From a virus, in IMG/VR virus record IMGVR_UViG_3300027985_001265, positions 9,759-73,758 of that record: a DNA stretch of 64,000 bases; one strand, 5' to 3'. The position numbers were made by a program, and so were the translations under genes. A model generated the notes under the pieces. The model ran no database searches, was not told the origin of the DNA, and saw only the letters and a list, made by a program, of their open reading frames with translations. Each line of letters starts with the position of its first letter. The stretch's first letter is position 1. Positions 10,236-23,000 of this stretch are shown piece by piece.

Positions 10236-10613
10236 ATGGTAATGATCAGTGATGATGCTTTAGATGCAGCATTGGACTACATCGGAGATGCTGCTACCAG
10301 AGTCGATTTATGTACAGCAGAACCTGCTAACTACGCTGGTATAGCTGCTGTTTCTTGTGCTTATGCTACTCTGGCTGGAGATGGTTCCGACTTTACAAAA
10401 GCCAATGGTGATACTTCCGGGCGGAAATTAACTTTTCTTGGAAAAACTGGAGGTAGTGGTACTGCAAACAGCACAGGCATCTTTTTGGCTTTTTCCGATG
10501 GTACCAATCTTCTGGCTGTTACAGCATGTACCTCTCAAGCTGTTACTGATGGCGCTGACGTTGATTTCAACAGTTATGATGTAACCGAACTCAGAGATCC
10601 TGCATCTGAATAA
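10236..10613 (+). CDS. Putative virion/tail accessory protein
   Basis: RBS present; Ala/Gly/Thr-rich, D..LDAALDYI and GDTSGRKLT motifs seen in phage structural proteins. Confidence 0.5.
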   Translation: MVMISDDALDAALDYIGDAATRVDLCTAEPANYAGIAAVSCAYATLAGDGSDFTKANGDTSGRKLTFLGKTGGSGTANSTGIFLAFSDGTNLLAVTACTSQAVTDGADVDFNSYDVTELRDPASE

Positions 10614-10616
10614 CCA

Positions 10617-12197
10617 ATGACTACTCTGTCTTGTGACATACTTATTGTTGCCGGTGGAGCTGGCGGAGGTGTATACGATTATGGTGGTGGGGGTGGCGCC
10701 GGTGGTGCCATCCTTCAAACCAGTTATAGTCTTGATCTATCAAATCTACCCTTATCTATTACTATTGGTGCTGGTGGCTCAGAAGGTTCTAATGGAGGAA
10801 ACACCACATTTGGTTCCTTATTTACAGCAATAGGCGGTGGAACCGGTGGTGGTGGTACTTCTCAGGACAATGGGTATTCTGGAGGATCTGGTGGTGGTGG
10901 TCATGATACAGGTACGGGTGCGTCCGGCACTTCCGGTCAAGGATATGCTGGCGGTGATGGTTCACACACTACATTGGCCTGGGGGCGAAATGGTGGTGGG
11001 GGTGGTGGTGCCAGTGAAGCAGGTGGTGATGCAACAACAACATCTAATGGTGATGCAGGAGATGGTGGTGATGGTATTCAAACGTCTATCTCAGGTACTT
11101 CTCTATACTATGCTGGTGGTGGCTCAGGGGGTACAAATCATACCTCTAACTCCAGTACAGCGGGCCAAGGTGGAGGTGGTAAGGGTGGTTGGGATGGTAC
11201 AGATGGTGAGGATGCTACATTTTACGGAGGTGGTGGTGGCGGTGCTGGAAGGTATTCAACCGATCCAGGGGGCTCTGGGTATCAAGGCGTTGTAATTATC
11301 CGGTATCTTACCTCTGCTGGAGAGTACCAAGGTGGTACTATTACTTATGATGGCCTGTATACTGTTCATTCATTTACGACAAGTGGAACTTTTGAAGCCC
11401 CAGCTATTATTGATATATATGGTATAGGAGCCTACTCCACATCATATGTTGGTGTCGGTTCTGTTATCCCTAAATACTCAATTTCAGGAATAGGAAGTTA
11501 TGCTCAATCTGTTGCTGGAATAGGGTCTGTTTTCCCTAAATATTCTATTATTGGTACCAGTAACTATGCACTGTCAACTGCAGGTGTTGGTAACATTAAT
11601 GTTTATCTAGCTGTCAACGGGATTAAAACATATTCTCCCAGTATAGCAGGTATAGGTAGTGTAATACCAAAATACGTTGTAAATGGTATTGGCACTTATA
11701 GTTATTCAATTCTTGGCATTGGCTCAGTAACAGTAAAATACAGTATTTCTGGTGTAAAAACTAATAGTTTATCTGTTAATGGAGTTGGTTCGGTTATTCC
11801 AATTATCCGGGTTTCTGGAATAAAAACAACTGCTTCCTCTGTTAATGGTATTGGTTTTGTATATGCTGTTTTACATATCCAAGGCATTGGTACAATAACG
11901 GTTCTCGTTAATGGAGTAGGCTCTGTTGAAACATCTATTTCTGACTGGGTAGAAGTTTTTACTTTTAACAGCCCATTAACTAAAGAATTTTCTATTGAAA
12001 GTCCTATAACCAAAGAGTTGGTAATTAGTAGTTTAATAACCAAAGAACTATTAATTGAAAGCCCTGTAATAAAAGAATTTCCTGTTGATAGTTTAATTAC
12101 AAAAGAGCTGCAAATTGATAGTTTAATTACAAAAGAGGTGTTGATTAACAGCCCAGTGGTAAGACCTGTTGTAATCTATAACCCCTTGGGGGATTAA
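10617..12197 (+). CDS. Glycine-rich domain virion protein with internal repeats
   Basis: N-terminal LIVAGGAGGG...GGGGGAGG...GVVIIRY glycine-rich domain, then ~20-aa repeats and C-terminal 10-aa repeats. Confidence 0.7.
   Translation: MTTLSCDILIVAGGAGGGVYDYGGGGGAGGAILQTSYSLDLSNLPLSITIGAGGSEGSNGGNTTFGSLFTAIGGGTGGGGTSQDNGYSGGSGGGGHDTGTGASGTSGQGYAGGDGSHTTLAWGRNGGGGGGASEAGGDATTTSNGDAGDGGDGIQTSISGTSLYYAGGGSGGTNHTSNSSTAGQGGGGKGGWDGTDGEDATFYGGGGGGAGRYSTDPGGSGYQGVVIIRYLTSAGEYQGGTITYDGLYTVHSFTTSGTFEAPAIIDIYGIGAYSTSYVGVGSVIPKYSISGIGSYAQSVAGIGSVFPKYSIIGTSNYALSTAGVGNINVYLAVNGIKTYSPSIAGIGSVIPKYVVNGIGTYSYSILGIGSVTVKYSISGVKTNSLSVNGVGSVIPIIRVSGIKTTASSVNGIGFVYAVLHIQGIGTITVLVNGVGSVETSISDWVEVFTFNSPLTKEFSIESPITKELVISSLITKELLIESPVIKEFPVDSLITKELQIDSLITKEVLINSPVVRPVVIYNPLGD
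11965..12160 (+). repeat. Degenerate 30-bp in-frame tandem repeat (I(E/D)S(P/L)ITKE)
   Basis: About 6-7 copies, e.g. TTGATAGTTTAATTACAAAAGAG twice. Confidence 0.8.
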
Positions 12198-12200
12198 AAA

Positions 12201-14546
12201 ATGGGTTTATTTGATGATTCCGAAGAGATCACTGTTGGGTCGAATATCTACCATCTTGTTGAGCCAAACCCTAATGCAGTTTTAGACTCTGTCCTCTATT
12301 CAATACTTACCCGATCTTCCTTAGTTCACAATATTCTCAATGTCACAATCGGTCAGATGAGTTCTCAGGTAGGTAACATGATGGCATACGCCAAGGAATC
12401 TTACACCCTTGGTTTACCTCAAACCACCTATGAGACCACAATTCTTTTAGCCGAGCAGGATGTCATTGATGCTATCGTTGATGATACAGATCAGCCTTAC
12501 GGTGTTGTTTTAGAATTTCATTATATAATGCCTATGGTTTCCATCAATGTGGTGGCTCCCTATTTGTTCACCACCCGGGGTTGGAATCCAATCAACAATA
12601 CTATTTCTGAACTGCCTTCAGCTTACCAGGCCAGTGGTGATTTTTATTATGTGGGATCGGTCCAAAGTGTTGAACTCAATGACGCCTATACCCAGGCCAC
12701 AATTGTCTACAAGATCATAAAATACTCTGTGCAGTATACTGGAGATCCGGCTGTTCCGACTCAAACATATGTCAGTGAGACTACTTTCCAGGAAACTGTG
12801 TCGGTAGCTTCCGGTTTGATTTATGGTCGGGATTACTGCGTGGCTTGTTATCGTACTTTGGATTCAGGGGGTTCTCCTTCAGCATCTGTCCACTGGTGGT
12901 ACTATGATATCAGCTCTGGAATTTATCCAGATCTCACCCCGGAAAGTTACATTGATGAAGATGATATTTTGATGCCTGTGGTCCCTATTCGCTATGAAAA
13001 TGAAAGTATGGTTACAGGCAAAGAGTATACTGAACTCTACCAAACCAGCAAGACCATGATGAAAAAGGTTGGCGTTGATATTGAGGAGATCGCTGATACT
13101 TTAGAATCAGACTCACATATTGATGACATCGACCATGCTTATATTACCTTTGGTGTTGATCTACAAACAGACTATGTGGCCAGTATCCGTTATTTAGCTG
13201 AATTTTTTGATTTCCTTGCAGACAAAGCTCAGGCGGATGTATTCAATAATATCGAAACAGCCGTATCCCAAAATTCAGATAGTGTCTACGAAACTGGGGT
13301 AGCTTCTTATAATACCTATACCTTTATCATAGGTGCAGAGTTAGCAACCAGCAATCAGATTGATGAGGTATCCTGGACTGCTTCTGATGGTACTACTGCT
13401 ACAGCAAAAACAACTTCCAATAGTGCCATAGGGAAATTTGAAGAGTATGGTTTACACTTTAAAATAACCTATTCTTATATTCGTACAGAGATCAGACAGG
13501 GATCTATCGGTCCTATTGGACATGCCACCAAAGAGTGGGCTAAAGAAGCAACCGATGATAGTTTATTTGGTGTTTTGGCTTCCCTGGATAGTGCCTATGT
13601 TATTTTCAGAGTACAAATCGCTGAAAATACTTATAAACAAATTACTGTTCAAGGGCTTATTCATCGGAACAGCATCTATGATGGGCATTCAGTTATCACC
13701 ACTTTGAGTGATCTGATTGATGACCCAGATAATCATCAGTTTATAATTCCAGTCCATTACAATTTTTCCAGACAGCTCCCTGCTGTCGTAAGAAGTGTAC
13801 TGTACCAGGATTCTTTAATTCTGGTTTTAAACAGTTATGTAGTTACAGAGATCCCTTGGTATACCGCAACCTGGTTTCAGGTTGTAATCGTAATTGTAGG
13901 TATTGTAATTTCTATTTATACCGGTGGTGCCGGTACATGGGTTGCTGGTTTAATTGTTGCTGCAGAAGCAGGTGTCATAGCTGTCTTGGTCTACCTCTTT
14001 GAAACTATTCTAGTCATGTATGCTATATCCTTGGCTTTGGAGTATGTAGCCAAATGGGTTGGCCCAGAAGCGATGCTAATCATAACCATAGCCACTATTG
14101 CTTTAGCTTCCATGTCTGAAGGGGGTGTGTTTGAAGTATCAAGCATAGCTTCTACAATGCCAACTGCTGGTAGATTAATGGCTTTGTCATGCTCTATGCT
14201 GGCTTCCACAAATGCAGGATTTCAGCAAGAATTTGAAGATCTCCAAGAAGAGTACAGCGATACCTTAGAAGATCAAACATCTTTATGGAAAGAGTTGGAA
14301 GAAGCTGCTGAATTGCTTCCTGATCCCTCTGAAACTGCATTGAAACTTCTTGATGCCCAGGTTTATTCAAAAACACTAAAGCAACCTAAAGTTGATAGTG
14401 TAGAAAACTTCTATAACCTGGCAATTCATTCAGGGAATATCGGAGTGTTGTCTTTACAGGGAGTTGCAACTTATTTTGATCTGGCTCTAAGACTCCCTGA
14501 AGCTGATACCAAATTAGGTGCTCAACTCAAAAATACATTATATTGA
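12201..14546 (+). CDS. N4 gp53-like large structural protein with C-terminal hydrophobic segments
   Basis: MGLF start, Y.LGLP, DIDHAYITFGV and WY.ATWFQVV followed by TM-like stretch; synteny upstream of gp52/51/vRNAP. Confidence 0.75.
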   Translation: MGLFDDSEEITVGSNIYHLVEPNPNAVLDSVLYSILTRSSLVHNILNVTIGQMSSQVGNMMAYAKESYTLGLPQTTYETTILLAEQDVIDAIVDDTDQPYGVVLEFHYIMPMVSINVVAPYLFTTRGWNPINNTISELPSAYQASGDFYYVGSVQSVELNDAYTQATIVYKIIKYSVQYTGDPAVPTQTYVSETTFQETVSVASGLIYGRDYCVACYRTLDSGGSPSASVHWWYYDISSGIYPDLTPESYIDEDDILMPVVPIRYENESMVTGKEYTELYQTSKTMMKKVGVDIEEIADTLESDSHIDDIDHAYITFGVDLQTDYVASIRYLAEFFDFLADKAQADVFNNIETAVSQNSDSVYETGVASYNTYTFIIGAELATSNQIDEVSWTASDGTTATAKTTSNSAIGKFEEYGLHFKITYSYIRTEIRQGSIGPIGHATKEWAKEATDDSLFGVLASLDSAYVIFRVQIAENTYKQITVQGLIHRNSIYDGHSVITTLSDLIDDPDNHQFIIPVHYNFSRQLPAVVRSVLYQDSLILVLNSYVVTEIPWYTATWFQVVIVIVGIVISIYTGGAGTWVAGLIVAAEAGVIAVLVYLFETILVMYAISLALEYVAKWVGPEAMLIITIATIALASMSEGGVFEVSSIASTMPTAGRLMALSCSMLASTNAGFQQEFEDLQEEYSDTLEDQTSLWKELEEAAELLPDPSETALKLLDAQVYSKTLKQPKVDSVENFYNLAIHSGNIGVLSLQGVATYFDLALRLPEADTKLGAQLKNTLY

Positions 14547-14571
14547 TCCAAAAAATTAAAGAGGTTACGCT

Positions 14572-15051
14572 ATGTCTTATTTAGATAAGCCACAGTTTCA
14601 GGTACCCGGGCTTAATTTTGGTCTCGGGAATATCCAGCAACAAGTTGCAGGTAATTCTCTCATTCCTCAAGTAGGTATTGATTTATCTCAATTTGGGAAC
14701 TCTTATGATGGAGCGTTTTCTTCACAGTTTGGCTCTCCTTCAGCAGCAGTAAGTAATCCAGCTACAACAACCCCTACTTTCTGGCAAAATGCTCTCGGGT
14801 ATAAAAACGCAAATGGGGAATCTTTTGGTGGCTGGGCAGGGCCGGCTCTCAGCCTTTTGCAATCTGGTCTTGGTTTCTATTTTGGTTCACAACAACTGGG
14901 ACAAGTTGAAGATGCCCTGGCTGAAAACCGCCGTCAGTTTGATTTAAACTATGGTGCCCAGAAGAAGCTCATCAATGATCAACTTGCTTGGCAGTACCAG
15001 GCTCGGAAAGACCGTAATGCTGCTAATGCTGGCGAACTCACTCAGATCTAA
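14572..15051 (+). CDS. Small ejection protein (N4 gp52-like)
   Basis: Size, position and GW.G.ALS...G...G.QQ...RRQF.LNY.AQK motif. Confidence 0.7.
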   Translation: MSYLDKPQFQVPGLNFGLGNIQQQVAGNSLIPQVGIDLSQFGNSYDGAFSSQFGSPSAAVSNPATTTPTFWQNALGYKNANGESFGGWAGPALSLLQSGLGFYFGSQQLGQVEDALAENRRQFDLNYGAQKKLINDQLAWQYQARKDRNAANAGELTQI

Positions 15052-15063
15052 GGATGGTGAATA

Positions 15064-17007
15064 ATGCCTGAAATTACCTGGAGGAATATCACCACTGTTG
15101 GCGATGGCGGCAATACTGCCAACAGAAGTACAGCCAATGGTGTTGATACTATCATGCAAGCTTTTGACCCTTTACGCCAAGAGCTTAAAAATTACACCAC
15201 CCGGGATGAACAAAACTGGGATGCTGCGGCTGCTGCTAATACTCGGACCATGAAAGCTGAACTTCAAAACATCCAGAGTCTCAAAGACCTGAATAGTAGA
15301 GATGATCAGGGCCTTATCAACGAGGCTTCTTTTAATGCACGGTTCGGGGCTCAGTATGATCCCAGTGCTCTCCCTGGGGCTGTATCAGAAGCTCGTCAAA
15401 GGCTTCAGGGTGTTGCAGCAAATGAGGCTTTGCCTATTGCTCTGAATGCTGCTGATAAAGAGCGTGATTTGACTGCCGGCCTTTCTTCTCTGGAACAACA
15501 GTACCGATCAGCAGGTATGCGTGAAAATGAAATCCAGAAGAAATTGAACTCTTTTATGGTCGATAATCAGGGTCGTACAGCCTTGTATACAAAAGCCAAT
15601 AAGGATGAAGTAGAAGCTTTCCGAAGTAAAGTAGCTTCTCCAACATCCCCGGAACAAGTAGAGGCTTTGGTTGCCCAAGGTGGTAAGGCCGGGGTTAAAG
15701 ATCTCGACCTTCTTCGTAGTACACTTAAAGGCGAACTTGATGATCACTACATCGAGGGAAAGTATCAGATGGAGCGTAGTAGACTAGGCATTGAGCAAGG
15801 TCGATTAGCCCTTGATAAAGGCAGGCTTTCCTTAGAGCAAGGCAGGTATGCTCGTGAAGGTAGAAAGCTCGCCCAAGAAGAAGCCAATAACAGGGCTATG
15901 GATCTGGCCAGTTCTACTGCACTCAAAATGTTACAGGCTGGAGAAGATCCGAATAAAGCCTTTGCTGCAGTTGGTGGTATGGTCCGAGGTAGAGATCAAC
16001 TACCCTTGTTCAATAATATTTTATCTACGCAGATAGGTATGAGTTCTATGCGTAATGACCAAAAAGAGCAATTAACCCAAGCAACTCAAAATGCTCTCAA
16101 CAAGGTAACAGAACGTAAGGAGTGGTACGATTCACAAGACGCCTCTTATATAGCAAAAAGAAATAGTGTCACCGGTATTACCCCGGCTATTCTTAAAGTT
16201 GTAGATGATGCTGCTTCCTTGCCTGGTGGAATTATTGAAAAAATTACTGCGGGTATGTCTGATACTGGTTGGGAGCCTTCTGATAATTGGACTAAAGTCA
16301 AAACAGGTAAAAAAGCCGCCGAAACTGCTCTTAATACTGTTTACCAAGACCTTATATCAAAAGTTTCTGGTATTTCAAATATCTCCCCTAAAGAGGTAGA
16401 TGCTATCTTTTGGCTCGGTTATCAAGATTCTGCTAAAAAATCTTCTCTTGGGGATCAAGGGGTAGATCCTACTGCCATGAAAACTGCAGTTGAAAACAGG
16501 ATAAACCAGTATCGTAAAGGTGAAACCATTGAGCAAGAAAGGCTTTCTGTAAAAAAGAAGGCTGACCAGGAAATTCGTGGTATTACCCAAAATGTTTCCG
16601 ATTTCACCACAGCTTCCAAACAAGCCATTGAAAAAGAAAACCAAACAGGTAATCCCGGTAATATCTCTGAGGTCCTTCAGAGTATAGAGAATCAAACGCT
16701 GTCTTTTAATAAGACGGGTGCTGATGGGAAGCCTGTAGAGTGGGGTGTCAAGAAAGAACTTCAAGATGCAAAAAAGGCTGCCGCAGATAAAAAAGCCAAG
16801 GAAGAAGCCGATGCTGCTGAAGTTCTATTAAAAGAAAAAGCTTCCTCTAAAGAAAAACAAAGCCGTAGCCAGGTAACTGGCAATCCTGGGGCAGATTTAA
16901 AGAATGCGTTAAAGGATGCTCTTTCCCAAGGAAAAAATCCACCGCAGGCTATTGTAGATGAACCTTCTATTAATTTAGGTAATTACCTTAAAAAATACCA
17001 ACAATAG
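15064..17007 (+). CDS. Ejection protein (N4 gp51-like)
   Basis: N-terminal ITWRN motif, ~650 aa, immediately before vRNAP. Confidence 0.7.
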   Translation: MPEITWRNITTVGDGGNTANRSTANGVDTIMQAFDPLRQELKNYTTRDEQNWDAAAAANTRTMKAELQNIQSLKDLNSRDDQGLINEASFNARFGAQYDPSALPGAVSEARQRLQGVAANEALPIALNAADKERDLTAGLSSLEQQYRSAGMRENEIQKKLNSFMVDNQGRTALYTKANKDEVEAFRSKVASPTSPEQVEALVAQGGKAGVKDLDLLRSTLKGELDDHYIEGKYQMERSRLGIEQGRLALDKGRLSLEQGRYAREGRKLAQEEANNRAMDLASSTALKMLQAGEDPNKAFAAVGGMVRGRDQLPLFNNILSTQIGMSSMRNDQKEQLTQATQNALNKVTERKEWYDSQDASYIAKRNSVTGITPAILKVVDDAASLPGGIIEKITAGMSDTGWEPSDNWTKVKTGKKAAETALNTVYQDLISKVSGISNISPKEVDAIFWLGYQDSAKKSSLGDQGVDPTAMKTAVENRINQYRKGETIEQERLSVKKKADQEIRGITQNVSDFTTASKQAIEKENQTGNPGNISEVLQSIENQTLSFNKTGADGKPVEWGVKKELQDAKKAAADKKAKEEADAAEVLLKEKASSKEKQSRSQVTGNPGADLKNALKDALSQGKNPPQAIVDEPSINLGNYLKKYQQ

Positions 17008-17019
17008 GACACCATAAAA

Positions 17020-20000
17020 ATGCCATCCCTGGAATTTTCTACTTTATTCGATAAAAAAGCTGCAACAGTCCAAGCCGCAACCGAAGATAAAAAAGCACAA
17101 TTAGGTAACACTTCTTCGGCTGCCGGTTATTTAATTTCCAGGATAGAACAGGAGCAGGCTCTTGCTCCTTTGGATCTTAGTAATAAAGAGGCTCCTAAAA
17201 TTGATCTTGATCCAGTTCCAGAAAATTCTCTTGAAGCTATGGGACGTGGTGGCCGTGAAGCTATTCAGGGTATGGTTGGTCTTGGTTATGGCCTAGGCGC
17301 AGGTGTTGGCGCCATTGCTGAATCCATAGCAGGAGAGGGTGGATTATCCTCTGGGTTTAAAGAAGCCATGGTCAAGAAGTATATTGAGAATGAGCAAGAT
17401 ATGGCTCAGTATTCCCGACCTGAAGACTCTTTAACATACTCCTGGGAAAAAGCCAAAGATGGTGATTATGGTGCAATGCTCTCCTGGGCTACTCATGGTA
17501 CCGGTTATGTAGCATCCCAGCTTGCTACTATACTGGCAGGTTCAGGTGTTGTTGCTGGCGGTACCCGGTTAATTGGTAAAAAAATGGTAGGTCAAGTCAT
17601 GAGCGGTCTTGTTGAAAAAGAAGCTACTCGCTTGGCTGCCGGGAAAACAGTTACTGAAGCTGTCCTAAATAAGGCCACAGCTAATGTCACTGCAAAAGTA
17701 GGTGAACACCTGGGAATGGCTGCTTCAGGTTTCGGTATGGAAGGTGGGGAGATCCTGGGGGACTTGGCCAAACAATCTACCGAACGAGGCACTCCTTTAA
17801 CTGCTGGTGAAATCGGTCAGGGATTAACCGCTACGGCCTTGGCCGGTGCAGTTGAATACATGGAGACTCTGTTAAGTGTATCCGCTTTAAAAGGCAAATT
17901 AGGCAAGTTTCCCGGAGCCACAGAAATGGATGGCATTGCCGGCAAGCTGGCTCGTGGAGCTATCACAGGAGGTAAAACTGCTGCTGGTGAAGCTGTTCAA
18001 GAAGCTACCCAAACCGGTATTGAACGTTGGGGTAAAGGTGATGATTTAACCTCAGAGGATGCTGTTCGAGAGTACATTGATGCCGCTGGTCTTGGTGCTT
18101 TGGGCGGTGGCCCTGCTTCTGTAGGTGGTGTATTTACCCGATCTACAAAAGAGCAGGAAGAAGTAGATCGTAAGAGGGCTGAAAAGAAAGAAGCACAAGC
18201 CAGAGTTCGGCCTCAGACTCAACCCGGATTTGATCAGAAAGTTGCTGAAGTGGTTGAGACTGGTAACACCAGTCAGTTTACCGAAGCCGAAAAGCCTGAG
18301 AATAATCCTACCACGGCCATGCACGTTGCTCAAAAGCAAACCCAAAAAGAGGGTGCTACCCGGACAGATAAACTGAAGACCCGGGATGATGCCGTTAAAG
18401 TATTTCAGTCTTTGGTTCAAAGTGAAATGGAAACCAAGGCCAAAGTAGATGCCCTCGATGAGAAGATAAAAACTGCTGCAACTCCCGAGGATAAAGCCCG
18501 GTATACTGAAGAACAGGCTCAATTAATTGCCAAAGGGGAATACCTCAAGACACAGAGGGAAGATGTAACTCCTTTGATGCAGAGTATTGTCAAAGCAACC
18601 GATGATGAAATTCCTGGATTAGTTGAGGACTTTAAAAAGTCTTTTGAACAGGAAGCTCCTTCTGGTGCTGTGAATGAGATTCTTCGTAAGGTCTTTGGTT
18701 CTAATGGCGGTAAAGCGTTCTTTCAAGATGACTCAGTAGACTTCAATCAAATTATTAAAGACCACCAGGATAAGCTGACTCCTGAAGATATTGGTGTCCT
18801 ACAAAAAGTTGCCAATCTCCAAAAGTCCGTAAAGGCTGTTGTGGATAAAACCACCAAGAGTATGGGGCAGGTGAACACAGATATCCTTGATGGTGGTGAC
18901 GGGTATATTGGCCTTTTCCAGCACAAGCAGGGTGTGGTTGATGCTCTTAATAACGGTGACATCCAATTGGCCGCAGAACGGCAAAATGCGTTCTCTCAGT
19001 GGGCAAAAGAGAGAGTCGTTCGAGCCAATACTTTCACCGGAATGTACCAGGCTTTTAAAAACAATGTAGAGCCTTCTGCTGCAATTAAAAAATCTTTTGG
19101 TACTATCAATGCTAAACAAGTAGCCAATGGACGTAAAGCTTATTCTATTGGACCAAAAACTTGGAGTTTGGCGGAAACTATGCGGTTGGAGGCTAAAGCC
19201 CTAAATGATGGGGTAGCTCTAACCCAAGCTATGTTTCCGTCCCAGACTGCCGAACAAACTCAATCGAACGGGACTGTCGCAAATGTCGCCTCTCCTTCGA
19301 CCCAGGTTGACACCACCAATCCCGGTACTCAAACTTCCCCAGACCTGGAGGGGAGGGCCGGCGATGCCCAGAGTAACCCGGGCGGAGAACAAACTTCCCG
19401 CCAGGGTACTCCGGCTCCGAAAGTTGAGAAGCAGCCCAGGGCTAAAATTGCACCTACCGTACAATTGCCTTCTCATATTTCCACTGATACCCAACAGACT
19501 CTTTCTGAAATGGGTTTTGTGGAAGAACAGATCCAGGAAATGAAACCTGCAGCCGCTAATTGGCATGTATCTCAAAAGGATAAATCTCTCGATGAACTTC
19601 GAGAAGCTCAAAAAGCTGTTAACCCTAATACGGCTAAAGCTGCCTTGTATAAAGAGCTTATTGCCACCAAGGAGCAACAAGAACAAAAAGAAGATATAGC
19701 TACCCCTCCTGAAACCAAAGAGCCTAAAATTAAACAAGAAAAGCCTTCTGAGGAGTTAAAAAAAGAGAGTGACCAAACTGAAGACTTTCCTTTTGCAAAT
19801 GAGCCTCCGATTGATGATAACTATGACTATCAGTTATCACAAATGGTGGAGCAGAATGATGAGGTATTTTCTCCTGTGGTAGAACAGGAGGAGCCTATCA
19901 CAAAGTCTGAACGGGATTCTAGTCGGATTTACGGTCCAGCCAACCAGGTTGCCCAGGACACCAGTATTGATCCCAGTACTCTCAAGACAGTTGAAGACTA

Positions 20001-23000
20001 CAAAAAGACTAACGCTGTCAAAGCATTTACCAAGGTAAAAGGCGAAGCCAATCTCTTTAATGGTGAGGTCGAAGTAATTGATCACCTAAAAGAACAACAT
20101 GCTGAAATGCAGGGTGAACAAAAAGTTGCCCTTGGTAAACTCATTTCTTTCATGGAAAAGTTCTCTTCCACCTTAGATAAACTTTATCAGCATAAGAATA
20201 CTGAATGGCTTTTTAAAGATGCTCTTTCATATTTTACAGTTTTTAATGGTGAAACCCGTTCTATAACCCATCCGACAACCAAGAAGGTAACCCAGAAAGC
20301 AGTCCGTAAATTGCCTGAAAATTTCAAAGCAGCCATGGCCTTATCTGCCTTCAATTGGTTATCAACTCAAGCAGAAACAGAGGATCTTGAAAGAACCATT
20401 AAGAAGATTCTTGGTTTAAAAGCTTCTACCATTATAACCAATGAATCCATGGGATTAATGGATGGTTTGGGGAATAAGGGTATTTACTTTTCAGAAGTTC
20501 TGGGTCGAGATGTAATCCGACACCTGCAGCTATCCTTCAGTGATCAGGCCTTGGAAAACTTGGAGGAGAATCTCAGCAGGTCTACCGGTATGGCTATTCT
20601 CACCAATCTGCAGCAGATGGGTTACCTTAAACGTCAGTATGTTGATTCTGGAAAACGTAAAGGGTTAAAGCCGGAGAATTCTACTTTTGGTTTACAGGGT
20701 TTGGCTAATAAGTTGGATGGTATTTATGATGGAGAGATTACCAGCTTTCTGTTAGACGGCCCTCAGAAGGGTGTTACAGCAGATGACTTCTTCTCTCTGA
20801 AAACAGACAAGAAAGGTAACGTTCTTGGTTCTGTCAAAGAACTTCGCCAACAGTACAAGCCCTTAAAGGTTTTCCTGGACGATCAGTTTGAAATGACTCC
20901 GAAGAGTCTTGAGGTGTCATTCGTGAAACCTGAACTCACTGGTGGTCAGGAACGCCTACAGAAAAGCAGTGAATCTGCCACCAAAGAGCAGACAGCCAAT
21001 AAAGAGAAGAACGAGCAAACACCTTATAACGTATCCAATAAAATGGACAAATTACTTCGTCGTTTTGGTGTGGATGCCATGAAGCTGTTTGCCGGATATC
21101 AGTCTGAGGAAGGTCGGCATGTAAACAGTATCATTAGTATCAAGGGTAAAAACCGGAGTATTGACCGATCCTTTGAACAGATTCAAACGTGGTATGAAAT
21201 GGCTCAAAACCAAAAGAGTAAATTTCTGTCTAAGTTCTTTATTCGGTCTGTATTTCAAGCAGTTGGTCGTATGCGTCAGGTTGGTTTGATCCGACCCCAG
21301 GGGGACAAGATACACCGAAATTTTTTCAATATGTCCACTACTGAAGTAGAGATTGATCCCCATAACAATGAAAAGCATCGTCAGCTCTTTATAGAAGCTG
21401 TAGGCCAAGGTCTTGGGATTGAGGCTAGTAAATATAGTTCTCTTGAAGAAACTCTTCGGCTGGTTGATGAAAAACTTGCTACGCCTGTTATCCAGGAAGG
21501 TTTGAAAGCACTTAAAGAAGTCCTTGATGGTAATAAAAAAGCCACCCCGGAGCAAGTTCAGGCAGTTATGGCTGCTATCAAATCTGGTGGTGAAGATCTT
21601 CATACTTTGAAAGTCCTCGAAGGATATCAAACTTTTCTGGATAATCAACCTAAAGAGGGTAAGAAGGGCAAGCCTTTTAAAACAGACCTTTACCTGGAAC
21701 GTGATGGTCTGGCCAATGGTGTCATGATGATGCTCACCCAACTTAGAACAGCTCCTATTACCCGTGTATTCTTGGCTCGATTAATGAGCGTTGGTTTAGG
21801 ATATAGAGCAGAAGGCAATGACTTTGATCATGCTACATACCTTGATCCTTATATGGCTATTGCCAGACATTGGAATACCTTCCTGAATGAGAGAATTGAA
21901 ATTCTTCAACTACGTCCTCGTGAGTTGAAAGAGTGGAACCGAAAATTAAGGGAAGAGATCTCTCCAACCCCAGTAGAAGCCCAGGATCGTATTCGTAAAA
22001 TTCGAGCTATAAACAGACTTCTGGAAGGTCTCGATAAACCAGGAGACTCAATAGTTGAACATAAGCGTAAACTAGCTAAAAACTTAAATGTAGGGGCTAT
22101 TTACGGGGCGGAGAAGAATAGCACTGAACGAGGTATTGCCACCAAGATTGTTGATGACGTCATTCCGGAAACTTTGGAGAGTATTGCTGCCCTTCGTAAA
22201 ACTGATAGAGCGGCTGCAGATCTTCTTCAGAAACAGTTACAAGAAGCTCTTGGTAATTTAACTCAAACAGAAGTTTGGGATCCGAAGACCTTCAAGGGTA
22301 ACCCTCTTGAATGGCAACTGTCCAAAGAAGCCAAAAAGGATATCTATGCGGCTGTTTCTGTGGATTATGGGACCATGCTTTATGATGCTATGTCCCTGGT
22401 CTATGGTGATTTTCGTGAAGCCAGTAAACTCTTAAATCCTGCCATTGGTTTAGCTGCAGCCAATTACAATGCTGCCCTGCAAGCTCTTATTCAGCAACAT
22501 GTTAAAGAGGGTAAACCATTAACTCGGGCGGATGTAAAAGCTTTTAAAGCAAGGCTGGAGTCCATACTCCCCAGGATTAAAACTCCGATGGGTGGTTTCA
22601 TAAATCTGACAGACTTTACCGGGAGTGATGTTCTCGAAGAGGATGATTTCTCAACGATTGAGCAGACATACTACCAGGTTGAAGGTTTCCCGAAGATTGG
22701 CCGGCTGATGGGTAAAGCTGTTTCTGTCAAAGAATTGAAAGCTCCCGGGGTTAAGCCAATTCCCAGCGTCATTCATATGCTTGATTCTATGGTGGCCAAT
22801 ATGTTGATGGGTGCTGTAGATCCGGAAACCTTTGGTATTTTGAATATTCATGATGCTGGGATCACAAATATCCTCCAGGCTGCTGAGATGACAAATATCC
22901 AGAATAAAGCCATGTTTGAAAACATGCGGGATTACAACTTGGCTTTTGAAATTGAGCAGGCTGTAAAACACAGTAATGATGCTTTCGTGAAATTGCTTAA

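Noticed and set aside
11965-12160. CRISPR-like array
   Set aside because: Contiguous in-frame 30-bp coding repeats without spacers; no cas genes.
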